From the human T2T-CHM13v2.0 reference genome, Homo sapiens, in the NCBI RefSeq assembly GCF_009914755.1, contig NC_060929.1: a stretch of DNA of 64,000 bases; one strand, 5' to 3'. This document shows, in pieces, positions 30,060-45,639 of the stretch. Position 1 is the first letter of the stretch, and every line of letters begins with the position of its first letter. Under the pieces are notes generated by a model. That model was not told where the DNA came from. It worked only from the letters and a program-made list of their open reading frames with translations, and did no database searches. The position numbers were made by a program, and so were the translations under genes.

Positions 30060-32818
30060 TTACTTTCCTGCTGAATTCTACCAAATATTTAAAGAACTAA
30101 TACCAATTCTTCTCAAACTCTTCTTGAAAATTGAAGAGGAAGGAATTATTCGAAACTCATTCTATACTCATTCCATGAGGCCAGCATTACCCTGATACCA
30201 AAACCAGACAAGGACAAAAAAAAAAAAACTGCAGGCCAAAATACCTGATGAACATAGATGCAAAAATTATCAGCAAAATACTAGCAAAGCAAATCAAACT
30301 GTACATAGAAAAGACTGTAAACCATGATACCATGATCAAGTGGGATTTATCCCAGGTTTGCAAAGATGGTTTAACATATGCAAATCAATAAACACAATAT
30401 ATCACATCAACAGAATGAAGAACAAAACCCGTCTGATCATCTCAACAGATGCAGAAAAAGCATTTGATAAAATTCAACATCGCTTCATGATAAGAACCTT
30501 CAACAAACTAGGTATAAAAGGAGCATATCACAAGACATTAAAGGCCGTATATGACAAACCCACAGCTAACTTTGTACCGAAGCTTTGACCTTTTCCTGGA
30601 ACAAGACAAGGATGCCCACATTCACCATTCTTATTCAACATAGAACTAGAATTCCTAGCTAGAACAATTAGGCAACAGAAAGAAATAAAGGACATCCAAA
30701 TTGAAAAGGAGAAAATAAAATTTTTCCTACCTGCCAATGGCATGATCTTACATATAAAAAAACCCTAAAAGCTCCACCAAAAGACATTTGGAACTGATTA
30801 AACAAATTCAGTAAAGTTACGGAATACAAAATTAATATCAAAAATCAGTAGCATTTCCTTACACAAACAACCAACTGGTGGAAAAAGAAATCAAGAAAGT
30901 AATCCCATTTACAAGATAGCCTTAAAAAATACCTAGGAATAAATTTAATCAAGGAGGTGAAAGACCTCTACAAGGAAAACAATAAAACACTGATGAAAAA
31001 ATGAAGAAATCACAAAGAGATGAAAACATATTCATGGATGAGAAGTAATATTTGAAAATAACCACACTACCAAAAGTGATCCTTAGATTCAATGCAATCT
31101 CTATCAAAATACCGATGAATTCTTCACAGAAATTTTTTTAATCCTAAAATTCATATGGAACTACAGAAGACTCTGAAGAACCAAGACAATCCTAAGCAAA
31201 AAAGAATAAAGCTGAAGGCATCACACTGCCTGACTTTAAAATATACTACAAAGTTACAGACAGTAACCACAACAGCATGGTACTGACGTAAAAACAGAGA
31301 CATAGACCAATAGAACAGAATAGAAAATCCAGAAATAAATCTACATATTTACAGCCAACTAATTTTCAACAAAGGTGCCAAGAACATTCAGTGAAGGAGA
31401 GACAGACTGTTTAATAAATGGTGCTGGCAAAACTTGATATTCATATGTAGAAAAATGAAACTAGACCCCTATCTCTCACCATATATAAAAGTCAAACCAA
31501 AATGGGTTAAAGACTTAAATGTAAGATCTGACACTATGAAATTACCAGAATAAAGCACTGGGGAAATACTTCAGGACACTGGTCTGGGAGATGATTTTTT
31601 GGATAAGACCTTGAAAGCAGAGGCAACAAAACCAAATATAGACAAATGAGATGGTATCAAGCTAAAAAGCTTCTGCATGGCAAAGTAAACAGTCAACAGA
31701 GTGAAGCGTCAACCTGTAGAATGGAAATAAATATTTGCAAATTATCCATTCAACAAGAGATCAATAACCAGAATACATACAGAATTCAAAACAACATAAT
31801 AGCAAATAATCTGACTTCAAAATAGGCAAATGACCTGAATAGACATTTCTCAAAAGAAGACATATAAATGGCCAACGGGCATATCAAAAAAATTATCAAC
31901 ATTACTAATGATCAGGGAAACACAAAACCACAAAGAGATAGCATCTCACACCTGTTATAATGACTACTGTCAAAAAGACTATAAATAGCAAATGCTGGTG
32001 AGGATGCAGAGACAGGGGAATGCTAGTACAATGCTTATGGGAATGTAAATTAGTATAACTACTATGGAGAACAATATGGAGATTCCTCAGAAAACTAGAA
32101 ATAGGTCTACCACATGATCCAGCAATCCCACTGCTGGGTATGTATCCAAAAGAAAGGAAATCAGTATATTGAAGAGATATCTGCACACCCATGTTTATTG
32201 CAGCACTATTTACAATAGCCAAGATAGGGAATCAACCTGTGTCCATCAACAAACGCTTGGATAAAGAAAACATTATATATATATATATATATATACATAT
32301 ATATATAAAAAAAATAGAATACTATTTAGCTGTAAAAAAGAATGAAATTCTGTCATTTGCAAGAATATGGATGGCGTTGGAAGGCATTATGTTAAGTGAA
32401 ATAAGCCAGGCACAGAAAAATGAATATCACATGTTCTCATTCATATGTGGGAGCTAAAAAAGTGAATCCCATGGACGTAGAGAGTAGAATGATAGTTACC
32501 AGATGCTGTGAAGGGTAAGGGGAGAAGGAAATGAAGACAGTTTGATTAATGGATACAGAATGCAGTTAGATAGAAAAACTAAGTTTTAGTATTTGATAGC
32601 ACAGTAGAGTGACTATAGTTAACGATAATTTATTGTAGATTCACAATAGCTAGGAGAGAAGATTTGAAATATTCCCAACACAAAGATATGATAAACATTA
32701 GAGGTGGTGGATATTATAAGCATCCTGATTTGATCACTACATATTGTATGCATGCCCCCAAAATATTACATGTACCCCATAATTATTATGTGCAATTATT
32801 ATGTATTAATAAAAAAAA
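30060..32818 (+). mobile_element. 5'-truncated L1MA-type LINE-1
   Basis: RT fragment [29 protein letters not shown]2 C-terminus, L1MA-like 3'UTR and A tail. Confidence 0.88.
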
Positions 32819-33299
32819 TCTTCAAGTCAAAGATACATGATCTTATCCACTTACACACTTGATCCATACACCTGTTGCAGATAAAACTTCCATGGTCCTT
32901 TAGAACAACCAGGAGTGAACTGAGTAGTGAGAATTTTTCCTTGGCAGATGTGAAAGCAATTGTAAGACAAGCATACGAGTGAAGTCTACAAAGGATAATG
33001 AAAGAGCCTAGTGCATGGTTGTTAGAAAGTGAATGCAATCAATGGAGACAGCATAATTAGACAGCAATTAAAAAACGGAAATTTGATGCACCTGGATCAG
33101 ACATAGCATAACTTCTCTTAGATACGATATTTTCGCTATGAAAATTTGTGCAAAGTGTGATTTTGCACACTTTGAAACATTTGATCAGTTAAAAGAGCCT
33201 AAAAACCTGATTCAGGAGGCATATACTTTTTGAAGCAAAGTTGATAGTTAACAGGACATCCTAGTCTAAGGTAACTAGGACAAGCACCTTCACGACTGC

Positions 33300-33960
33300 A
33301 ATAGCATCCTAACTTTCCTACCTGCACCCACTTTTGCATCCTGAAATCCTTTCTGCATGCTTTCTAAATACAAATGCACACACATTAATGGGTTTAGACA
33401 TCTGCATGATTTTCGATTACTCTTAAGAAAAATTCAAAACTCCTTCATGTGGCTCGGTCTGGACCAACTCTCCAGCCTCATCTCACTGCACGATGGCATT
33501 GTTGGCGCCAGACACTAAGTTCTTTCAGTTCCTTATATATGCCATGCTCCTGCTTATTGGTGGTTTCTCTGCCTGGTGTTTCACTTACCACTTCACTTCG
33601 TTTGGTAAGCTCCTATTCATCCTTCAGCTGCCAGTTCAGTGGTCACTTTCTCAGGGAAGCCTTTCCCAGCCTCCCTGACTACAGCAAGTTTTCTGTACAC
33701 ACACTGCACCATGTCTGTCTTTTGCACCATGTCTGTCTTTTGCACCATGTCTCTCTTTTTCATGGCAGTTAACCTGGTTAAAATTTTTCACTTATTTGTG
33801 TGATTATTTGATCAATGCTTTATCTGGTCCTTCCCACACACAAAACAAAAACTGCAAGCTCCAAGGATATAGTAACCATCTTTCTACTCGCCATTGTAAT
33901 CCCTACTACTATTCCATTATGAAGTGGGTACTCACTAAATGTTAAATGAATTAATGTTAA
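33300..33960 (+). mobile_element. L2 3' fragment
   Basis: L2-like CAGGGAAGCCTTTCCC..CCCTGACT and terminal CTCACTAAATGTTAAATGAATTAATG; boundaries approximate. Confidence 0.6.
33705..33758. repeat. 18-bp unit x3 (TGCACCATGTCTGTCTTT)
   Basis: Direct reading; the third copy has one mismatch. Confidence 0.92.
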
Positions 33961-34209
33961 GTAAAGACACCTCCATATTTCTTCTTTATTTTCTGTAACC
34001 ACTTCTCATAAATCCTGGAAGTTGGCAGCCCTAATCAAATATGTCTTATTATAATGTTAACAAAATGTGGTGAAAGACCTCAAAAAGATAAAGCTGAAGT
34101 GCTCTTCCCATTAATGGTTTGCAATTACACAAAGACTAATGTTTTAAGGAGGATAAGATAGCTAAATGATGAATGGTTGTGATTCCACTGATAAAGAATG
34201 CAATTCCTC

Positions 34210-34520
34210 AGCCAGGTGCTGTGGCTCACTCCTGTAATCCCAGCACTTTGGGAAGCTGAGGTGGGCTTATCTCTTGAGGTCAGGAGTTCGCGGCCAGCCT
34301 GGCCGACACAGTGAAACCCTGTCTCTCCTAAAAATACAAAAATTAGCTGGCTGTGGTGGTGCATGCCTGTAGTTCCATCTACTCAGGAGGCTGAGGCAGA
34401 AGACTCACTTGAATCTGGGAGGTGGAGGCCGAAGTAAGCCAAGGTCGTACCACTGCACTCCAGCCTGGGTGACGAGAGTGAGACCCTGTCTAAAACAAAC
34501 AAACAAACAAACAAAAAACA
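34210..34520 (+). mobile_element. Alu (old S or J) with (CAAA)n tail
   Basis: Dimer; TSD AAGAATGCAATT. Confidence 0.9.
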
Positions 34521-34873
34521 AGAATGCAATTTCTATTATCTTTTTTGTCATATTTGTGATTAACTTCTAAAAAAACAAACAAACAAAAAAACCTACCCAG
34601 CCAGAAATAGATATTTTCTTAGGAGAAAACTTCTTGTTAGAGAGGCTCAATTTTAAAAGTGTTAGCTTAGTCAATGTTCTGCATCACTTAAGAATACATA
34701 GGGACGGAATGCCTCCGTGATTATAGGGATTTGTTTTTATAAAATCTCAACAATGTCAGTTCTACTTTTTCTGACATTGAAATTGCCTAGGTGCTTTGGA
34801 AGACCCTTCAACTACAGAGCAATTAACTCCTGGTTTAAGACACCACTTCTGTGTAAAGATACTTCGCCTTCCA

Positions 34874-35236
<363 letters not shown>

Positions 35237-35329
35237 CTATGGGGAGAGATTACTATGCTTCTAAGCAGTTATCAATGGTAGTGGTGCCATCTGGAAAATT
35301 AGTCTTGGCAAAATAAGTCTGGTCTAGCA

Positions 35330-37735
35330 GTTACGTCGGAAGGGATCCTAGGATTTTCCCCATTGAGCTGTGAGCATCGAGAGTAGTTGACAAGGTCCCA
35401 CAGTTAATGGCTACTTCTGGCTACTGGCAGAGGCAAAGTGAATCTTCTCTGGAAGAAAGCTTCCTTAGTTATCAACTTGCGAACAGTGACTCCCATTGAA
35501 TAAAATCAAGACGTGAATTCACAATCCAATAGCTCAAACACAAAAGAAAGCAATCCATTATGTCTGAGAGACAGTGAACAAAACCAATTATTTTAGACCC
35601 TCTTCTCAACTACTGCAGTTATTAAAATGGTCAGATAGAAAAATACAGACCTGCCTTGTAGGTAATATTTTGAAAAATTGAGGATGCATCACATAAAAGA
35701 CAATCCCAACAGGAAAAATCCCAACAGATTTGAAAAGAAATAAATGCAGCTTTTAGACATTTTTTTAAATGGCATTATTAAAATTAAAAAACTAATCCAC
35801 AATTAAAGGCCAGATAAGACATTTTAAGAGAGAAATAGTAAACCAGAATGTACGTCAAAAAAATACCTAGCGTATAGTGCAAAATGACGAGATGGAAAAA
35901 TATTTTTGAAAAACATTAAGTGAAGCGGAAGATAAAATGAGAAAGTCTGCATACATCTAATCAGAATCCCAAAAGGAGAGAATAAAGAGAATGCAAAATA
36001 GGAAACAAAATGAGATCTAACAGGCTATCTACAAAGGCACGACAATGAGAATTACACAGTTATCTCAACAAAAATAATGGAATAAAAAATGTATACCCAG
36101 AAGAACTCTCTTTTAAGAGAACGAGGGTAAAATAAAGATTCTTTTTCACCCAAAGGAAGTAGATTTCCACCAAGGAACCAGCCAAAATAACTTCTAAAGG
36201 ATATATTTCAAGATAAAGAATCATTCCAGAATGATAGTTTGAGATGTGGGGAGAAATAATTTTTCAAAAAGGCAAACATATCTATAAGGACAAACATTAT
36301 ATAAAATAATAATAATACACACAGAATTAAAGTACTGGAAAATAATAGCATATAGGTCAGAAGAGGAGTGATGAAAGTTAAAACATTCTAGGATCCTTGC
36401 ATATTTTAGGAGAGAAGTTAAGATATTATTTAACTTCAAACTCTGATAACATTAAGTTAAGCATGCATGATAATATCTCAAGGATAATAATCAAAAGAAT
36501 AGAATAAATTTACAGTGTACAAGACCAAAGCATGAGAGATAAAAATACAGAATAATACAAAAATAAACTAACAAAAGTTCAACAAAAATGTAAATAGATT
36601 AAACTCATTAGTTAAAAGGTGGAAATTATGAGATAACATTTTTAAGTCCAGCTATATACTGTAAAGAAGAAAACATCTAAGCATAAGAGTTTAGAAAGGT
36701 TGAACGTAAAGGGATGAAAAATTATATCCCAGACAGCTATTAGCAAAAAGGAAGCTGGAATAGCTATTTGAATGGTAGTTGCAATAGGTTTTAAGACACA
36801 ACATCTTAATAAAAGGTTAAATTCACCAGAAATACATTGCATTATAAAATTATGTACATCTAATAAAAAACAGCCCCAAATATATAAAGCAAAACTGATG
36901 CAACCTACGGAGAAGCTGACAAATCCACAATCCCTCCCAGTTCCTAATAATCAAGCAGAATAAATATCAGTAATGAATAAGGTCATGAATTAGTGAATAC
37001 ATAGAGACCTTTTTTTGCAACAATTAGAAAACACACATTCTTCTCAAGTAGACATATAACATACATGAAAATAATATCTATGCAAGATCATAAAACAACA
37101 AGATTTAAAGAACAGATAACATTGTCTGACCACAATGTAATTAAGGTCCAAGTCAATTACAAATAAATAAATAAATAAATAAATAAAATGTTTTATAACA
37201 TTTGTCTGTTTAGAAAACAGTTCCTCAAAAAGCTAAACATAAAGTTACCACATGACCCAGCAATTCCATTCCTAGGTATATACCAAAAGAATTGAAAACA
37301 TATGTCCTCACAAAAACTTTACATTAATGTTCATAGCAGCATTATTTAATTGCCCGAAGTGGGAACAACCTGAATATTCATCAACTGATAGGTAAATAAA
37401 CAAAATATGGTATATTTGTATAATTCACTGTTATTCCACCATGGAAAGGAATGAAGTATTGATACATGCTTCAACATGGATAAACTTTGGAAATATTATG
37501 CTAAGTGAAAGAAGCTAGATCACATATTGTATGTTTCCATTTAAATGAAATAACCAGAATAAAGAAATTTACAGATAGAAAGCACATTAGCGATTGCCAG
37601 GGGATGAGAGCAGGAGGTTTGAGGAGTAATTACCAGTGGGTACACAGTTTCTTCTTTTGGGTGATGACAATGTTCTGTAATTAATGGTGATGGCTGTGCA
37701 ACTTTGTGAATCTAGTAAAACCTCTGAATCGTACC
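35330..37735 (+). mobile_element. Degenerate old L1M fragments (ORF1/EN-like A-rich segment, then an L1MB/ME 3' end from ~37215)
   Basis: A-rich strand bias, TCTGACCACAATG (SDH motif) and CATGACCCAGCAATTCCATTCCTAGGTAT; boundaries uncertain. Confidence 0.6.
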
Positions 37736-37739
37736 ACTG

Positions 37740-38190
37740 AGAGTGATATAAGTGGAACTACTTCTGTTTCCACCCTTGGTTCTCAAACTCACATAATTAT
37801 CCCATTGAGGATGGGTACCATAAAAATATCTTTGATTCAAAGTATCTATGTGTCCTGAAGGATGGCACTGAATTCTCGTAAAGTATTGCTTCTAAGCTGG
37901 CCCTTCAGTTTTCCCTTAACCAGGCCATTCTAACACTCTATCAGGCCAGCAGGTTCTAGGTGGTGTGAAATGAGATAGTTCCGGTGGATGCCCATTGCCT
38001 GCACCTCCTTTTCTTTAAAGGGAGTCCCCTGATCTGATGCAATATTATGTGTGATTCAATACCAGTTAACTAAACAGGGTTAACTCCCAGACAGTGGTAC
38101 TGAAAGAAAGGCAAACTCATCTTAGATATGCCTGTTCCTGTCTCAGTGAATTGCTGGTCCTTCCAATGTGGCAAGTTTCCAATGTAAACC
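37740..38190 (-). mobile_element. ERVL-class internal fragment (integrase remnant)
   Basis: Minus-strand translation gives HNIASDQGTPF..KEV and HHLEPAGLIEC*NGLVK, resembling the ERV-L integrase core (SDQGTHF...AGLIERWNGLLK). Confidence 0.65.
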
Positions 38191-38430
38191 CCTGCAAATG
38201 TTTTCTTCCCTCTCACTACCTCTGACTGGATTACAAACTCATTTGTAATTAGTCATAGTGGCCCAAGGATAGATTAAGCTGACTGGTTTAAGTCAACTAT
38301 ATCCCACCAAAATCACAATTTTAAGAACAGAGGGAGGAGTTCACCCCCACAAATTTCATGTAATTAGGAAAAGGAAAATGGATGCTAGGCAGCTAAAGAT
38401 GACAAAAACATAAGGTAAATATATCATCTA

Positions 38431-38495
38431 TTACATTACATTACATTACATTACATTACATTACATTACATTACATTACATTACATTACATTACA
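38431..38495. repeat. (TTACA)13 pentanucleotide STR
   Basis: 13 perfect units read directly. Confidence 0.97.
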
Positions 38496-41400
38496 TTAAC
38501 TGGTTCCTCCTCCTACTATCCAAAACAAGACTTTCCTGTTTGGGACATAACAGTGTAGAGCTGGAATTCCACTGATGAAGAACAAATGTGTACTAAAGCA
38601 TTCACTACCAAAAATGGCTATCTACATATAAAGATCATAACCGTAGAGGAAAAATGTTTCCAGCTTTGATGGGAAACTTGTTTATCTGAGATCCAAGTCA
38701 ACAAGTATGTAGAGCATAAGATATACACCAGATGCCACTGGGAAATACAAGAATGAGTAAAATACAATCCTGCTTACAAAAAAAAAAAAAACAAAACCCT
38801 TTAACATTCAGTGGAGATTATTGGAGTTTCAGATAGGGATGTTGTGCAGCCTCATGGAAACAAGCACACGTTTCTGCCCTACCGTCTCAAAGTTTTGTTT
38901 TCTGAAGGTCTTAAGGTGTCAGCACTGCCTTCTTCCTTTGTTCTTCACCAAATTAAATGCTAGACAGATCGTGACTAATGTTGCATATTAGCTTGTTGAT
39001 CATAATTGCCGATTTAAATTAACAGACATACTTACCAGGAAACATTTGAGGAGAAAAAATTCCTTCAGGGGTAAAGAGTTCAATGCAATTAAAAAAAAAA
39101 AAAAAGGAAGAGAAAAAATTATAGTCTGGTTTTCCAGATAAAAGACAAGGTAGGTAAAGTAAAAGAATTGACTGCCTGTAAACTGGGGTTTTCCTGACCT
39201 TCCTTGAGTCCATTCACTCTTAGAATCACTAATATCCCTATTTTTAATGTTCACATTACCTACAGGAAGTCAGGTAGTAATTATCAGCAAACTCTACCTG
39301 GCTTCCAGGGTTGTTCAAATCATCAACAAATACACTGTGGACTTCTAACCAACTGTATAGAATATTGCAAAACACTTTTTATCAGACAGTTTGAAAACAA
39401 ACAAACAAAAAATACTCCAGGTAACAGATATAAAAAGGGAATTCAGAGTCAGAAGCTGAGCAGTTGCAGAAAATTTATAGAAATATCTAAACCAATCAGA
39501 GCTCTTAATTGGGCTAGATCCTGGAGCTTTAAAGCTTGTACCTGACAGAGAATCCATGGTTTACGGCTATGCAAATGGAAGCTGGAATGAGATATCTACT
39601 GAAATCCAGGAAATAAAGACAAACTTCTCTGTTCATGAAACAAGAAACAGAAAATTTCTAATTACTGTCTAGAGAAACAGTAAAGAAACTTGCTATACAC
39701 TAACAGCTAGGAGAGAAAAAAGATCCACTCTTGAGAAGCTGCACCACACATACGTGTGAGGTTCTCGCTTGTTTAACCCATGTAGTATACATTTATACAC
39801 CAAGAAATTTGCATAAAAAACAATTCAGAATCAGTGAAAGCCATTCGGCTTTGACAGAGGCAAATGCAAAGTAAAGATAATCCGCTAGTCGAGGAGATTA
39901 TTTATATTCCCTAAAATATAATCACTGCTAAGATTTTGGTATGTGTTTTTCCAGGCCACATTTTTCCATGGATTAAAATACCCACATCATATAAATATAG
40001 TCTGTGTGTTAGTGGAAGAGGGTCATTCTTACTGCCATCTTGAGTTTTGACATCGAATTTTTCTCTTTTGTTTTTACTTCAAGTTCTGGAGATACTGGAT
40101 TGCTTTATGGTGTTGCTTTGTATTGATCCCTTTCGTGACCATGAGAGAATGTGTCTCTCATAAAATAATAACAATAAAAAGGCAAAGTCTAATTCATACA
40201 ACATAAAAAGTTGGCTTAAAAAAATTTTCCTTGGGGATTAATAGATAATCTGTCCCTTTATTCTCACATAAAATCCATTAGAAGTCAAAAAACTCTTCAA
40301 ACTTTTTTCTCCACATAGAACCTAATTTTGATCAAATGTAAGAAAGGTTTTATGACTAGCTGCTTCCCAAGCCTTGACTTTTACTTTAATCTTTACCTGT
40401 GTTTTGAGGATGCACACTCACTCACTCTGTCCTGAATCTTAGTCTCTTAACCTCTTAATCTCCTGGTTCCTTTTGCTTTCTTCAACACTGAGGACAAGAA
40501 AAAGGCTCCCATCCTCATTGCTTGAAGCACTGATTCACAATCTTTTCATTTATCACTTTTCAGCTGGTTCTAGAATATATCTCCCTTCCTCTCCATTGTA
40601 GAGGGATAAAATAAAATACCTAATTTTATAATCCATATTTTTAACATAATTTTTATTTATACCACAATCCCGGAATTTTCAGTCAAATTTTTTTCAAAGC
40701 AATCCCCCCCACCCCTCCCTTCTCTTTGCAAGGCCACTGTTTAATCCAGTTGAGTTTTTATATGAAAAACGTTTTAAGCGGCTCCAGTTGCTGATTTTAC
40801 AAAGAATAAAAACAGAAATGATAGGAGCATTTGGCAAGAACCCTTAGACCTGAGCAGCAACCCACCGATACAGTCCTGCTACAGAAGTGATTTGTTTTGT
40901 TTCATGAACTTGTACAAGCAACTCTTTCTTTTTCAGTGCAAATGTAGTCACAAAAGGGAAAAAGACCAGCACACCATGGGGAGCACATATTCGGTTCTTT
41001 AACCAACTTTTAAAAATATGTTTTATGTCAATATCTAAATTACATAGAGCAGGCTGACACGCTCTCTTTTCCTTTTGTTTGTGAACTCTATTCTGAAAGT
41101 GGGTGTGAAATAATCCTTTTGCTTGTGCTTCTGGATTGGCTTTGATGAGTCAGATATTAAATATGGCTGGTTCAGATGTCACATATCGATGCAGGGCATA
41201 AATGTCAGCGTTTAGATGGGGAATAATTGGATTCATATCTATGTTATGTTTTCGAATTGCTGGGTCAGTTCTGGGTCTCCTGCTGTAAATTCTTCAACAC
41301 AGACCCAAGTAAAAGGAATGTGACAGATTTAATACCTTGAATAAGTTATTAACTGTAAGGATGCATAAAACAGTGGCACTGCTGAGCAGAGAACATTACA

Positions 41401-42559
41401 CTGCTCATAATTCTGTAAATGAAAATTCAAGTGTTTTTTTCATTTTAGTGAAATTTTTTTTCATTAGCTCTGTTGCTTTACTCAAGAAAGTTCTTTGTGT
41501 TTGATCTAATGTAAAATAATCACTTTTATTTGGCTATTTAATTTATGAATGTTTAAACTCTAAAATCCAAGTGTGAGAGAATGGATTTGATAAGAGAAGG
41601 GAGTTGTTGATAATGTTTCACTTCCCAAAATGTCAAGTGGCAGTCAGGTGGCTACTGTTGACTGCAACTGTGATTTTTCATGAGAACAATATCTAGTGCA
41701 AATCCCATTATAAAGACTTCATGAAATATCACCATTTATCGTCATAGCATATTTGCCTTTTTGTTATGGCCTAAAAGAAAGAGAACTGAAATCTAACCAC
41801 ACCTATTAATTTTAAAATTATTTGAAAAAGAAAAAACAAACAAGAAAGAAGCCAAGAAGCCAGGAGGAGAAGGATGGGTGTTTTTCATACCTCCCAGCAT
41901 CAGCACTAGAGTCTTTAATGGTGGCTGGTGCTGGAGAGTAGCTTGGGTTTTTCTGCAGTAGAATAACAGCAGTGACTCTCTTATGCCTGTGTTACCAGGC
42001 CATCCCCACTCCAAGAAAATTCTTCATTTCTACAGCATCTTTTATCATTGCAAGCTCAGAGTGGACAGGGAAATTCAACACAATTACATTCATTTGGCCA
42101 TCCATTTTATTACTTAAACATTGAATACCTCCTATAGAAAAAGTCAGTCACTGCCAATAAAGAGCTGTACTGTAAGTTATGCAAGAGTTTCTCAAACTTG
42201 GCTTATTCAACACCACCTTCTCTACTTATTTAGCACATACTTTTACAGGTACTCTTCCGAGTACTTTATGAATACTAGCCCATTTAATCCTCACAGCAGT
42301 CCAATGTCCTCTTTTATTGCCACAAGAAATTGAGGTTCACAGAAATCTAGTAATTTGCCCAAGATGACACCTTCACAAATTTTGCAGTGTCCACATCTCA
42401 TCTACACATTATTTATCTGCTAATTTTCTTTAAGTGACTTTTTTCTCCTTAAGTAAAAGTATACTTAAGGAGTCTTATTGCTTCCATAAAAGGACAACAA
42501 ATATTACCATGAGCTTAATAAGGTAATTATATTTTCAAATATACATTAAAATAAATACA

Positions 42560-43625
<1,066 letters not shown>

Positions 43626-45587
43626 TTTAAAAATAGAAAATAAAAGAGAAAGTTTTTAAAAGATGCTTCAGGGATACTGCAAATATCTTCTTTCATTTGT
43701 AAGGCAAACATTTTTTGTATGTGAATAAGGATTTTCCAGGTACTATACAACAGAAACAAAACACAGAATTAAAAAATGGATGGAGAGGATGGTTTTTAAA
43801 AATACACACATATTACATTTTTAAAGATGTGATTGTGTTCCATCTAAAATAATTTCATGTGTACTACCAGAGGTAAACGCACCAAGATTTGGCAAACCCT
43901 GTTGACTATCACAGTGTTCAGCAAGCCTGGGTTTAAAGCCCAGTTTTAGCACTTACTATGTGAGCTGGGAAAGTTCTTTAATGTTTCTAAAACTTGATTT
44001 CTTCATCTGTAAAATAGGGATAATTCCTGGGAGTGCCAATATCAGGGAAGCCTGGGTCATTAACTTAATACAGTAACATGTCTCAGACCCTTGTTATAGA
44101 CTAGAAAGGCAATGTGCTAGAAACATTATGGGTAATGTCATTGTATACTCTTAAAAACTGTATGGTCCAATTTAAATATAATAACCAAGTGTATAGTCTT
44201 CACTGTGCACAATTCCTCTAGGTACTATTGAAAAGCTAATGTCTTCTAAAGTCATACCCACTAAAAGGGTTATTGATACAGAATCATTGCCTTCTTCAAA
44301 TTCCTTAAATTCAGACTCTGTTGTCTGACAGATCATACTTCGTTTTTAAAATTTTAATACATCAACTTATGGTAAAGTAAAAAGATTCTATCATTCTGCA
44401 CTCTAGTAAAGCTATACCAAAAAATTGTTTATATTCTATTTATATTTATGTTTTAAATTTACAAGTTGTGGGGATCTTGTATATACCCTCAAAAGGGTTA
44501 CATCTTAGAATGCTGAAAAAATTTGCTCAAAAATCTATAAACTTGCCAAAAAGAAAACATAAATAAAGTACAGAAACTATTACTCAACTCTTAATTGACA
44601 CTGGGGTCTTGGTGTATCCTATTGGCTTCTGAGAGACCCACTCATGTACAACAGCATTCATTAACTAAAAATAAATTTCAAATGTGCAGATTCAGTGACA
44701 ATAATAATAAACAAATGCCAAATTACTACGATATATTATACCCTTGCACCAGCAATCGAAATGAGCTTGGAGTCTTTGAAAGTCCATGTAGCAATAAAAG
44801 TATGGCCCCCAACTGGATCAGAAATGTGAGTGTGAAAACACTTTTTCTTTTAAAGAGTCTATGTAACAAGTCCTGAAGTAATAATTCAAATATTAAGCAC
44901 ACTATTACTCCTATCTCTTAGTCTCATATTTGATTGAATGCTTAGGAACCTACCTCACAGGGAGATGTTATGTTAACCAGTCAACTTTGCAAAGCAATCA
45001 AGGTTACCAAAACAGATAATGTTTACAAGACAAGGTCAAAAAGAACTTCAGCAACTTTTAGCACCTGAGTTAATCCCTAGTTTAATTTTTTCAAGTGTTT
45101 CCAGTCTGTCCCTAATTATTACTATTTAACTCACCCTTTATACAGAGCCAAGTAGAGTGAATTGGGCCCATGGGTTTTACATTTTTGTTAAAAGACAAAG
45201 GTAACATTTAACCAGGTTGAATTGTGGGTAGCAGCTCACTTCATGATTTTTTTCAGAGGAAATTTGACTGAACACATGGAGCTGGGTTTTGCAACAAGGT
45301 CACTATTTGCTTTACAAGTAGGTCTATATAAAATGGTATTTGGCAAGTATTCACCAAAACCCCTTACATTGTCCCACAGCTGAATTATTGTCCTTCCTGC
45401 TACCTTTCAATTACCAAAATAAAAAGGTCAGACTCATGACACTTTTTTAAAAAGTACAAATGTGAGTTCTGTTAGCAGTAACTATTTGTAACAAACTTCC
45501 ATTTCTATTAACCACATTAGGACAGTGATATTTTCCTACATACATTCTGTGAGCTCAATAAATGCTCTCTGACAAAGCTGAGCTCTA

Positions 45588-45589
<2 letters not shown>

Positions 45590-45637
<48 letters not shown>
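45590..45637. repeat. (TG)n microsatellite
   Basis: About 24 perfect units. Confidence 0.96.

Positions 45638-45639
<2 letters not shown>

Noticed and set aside
33705-33758. CRISPR-like or coding repeat (HHVCLL x3)
   Set aside because: A simple head-to-tail 18-bp tandem with no spacers, inside an L2 relic in eukaryotic DNA.
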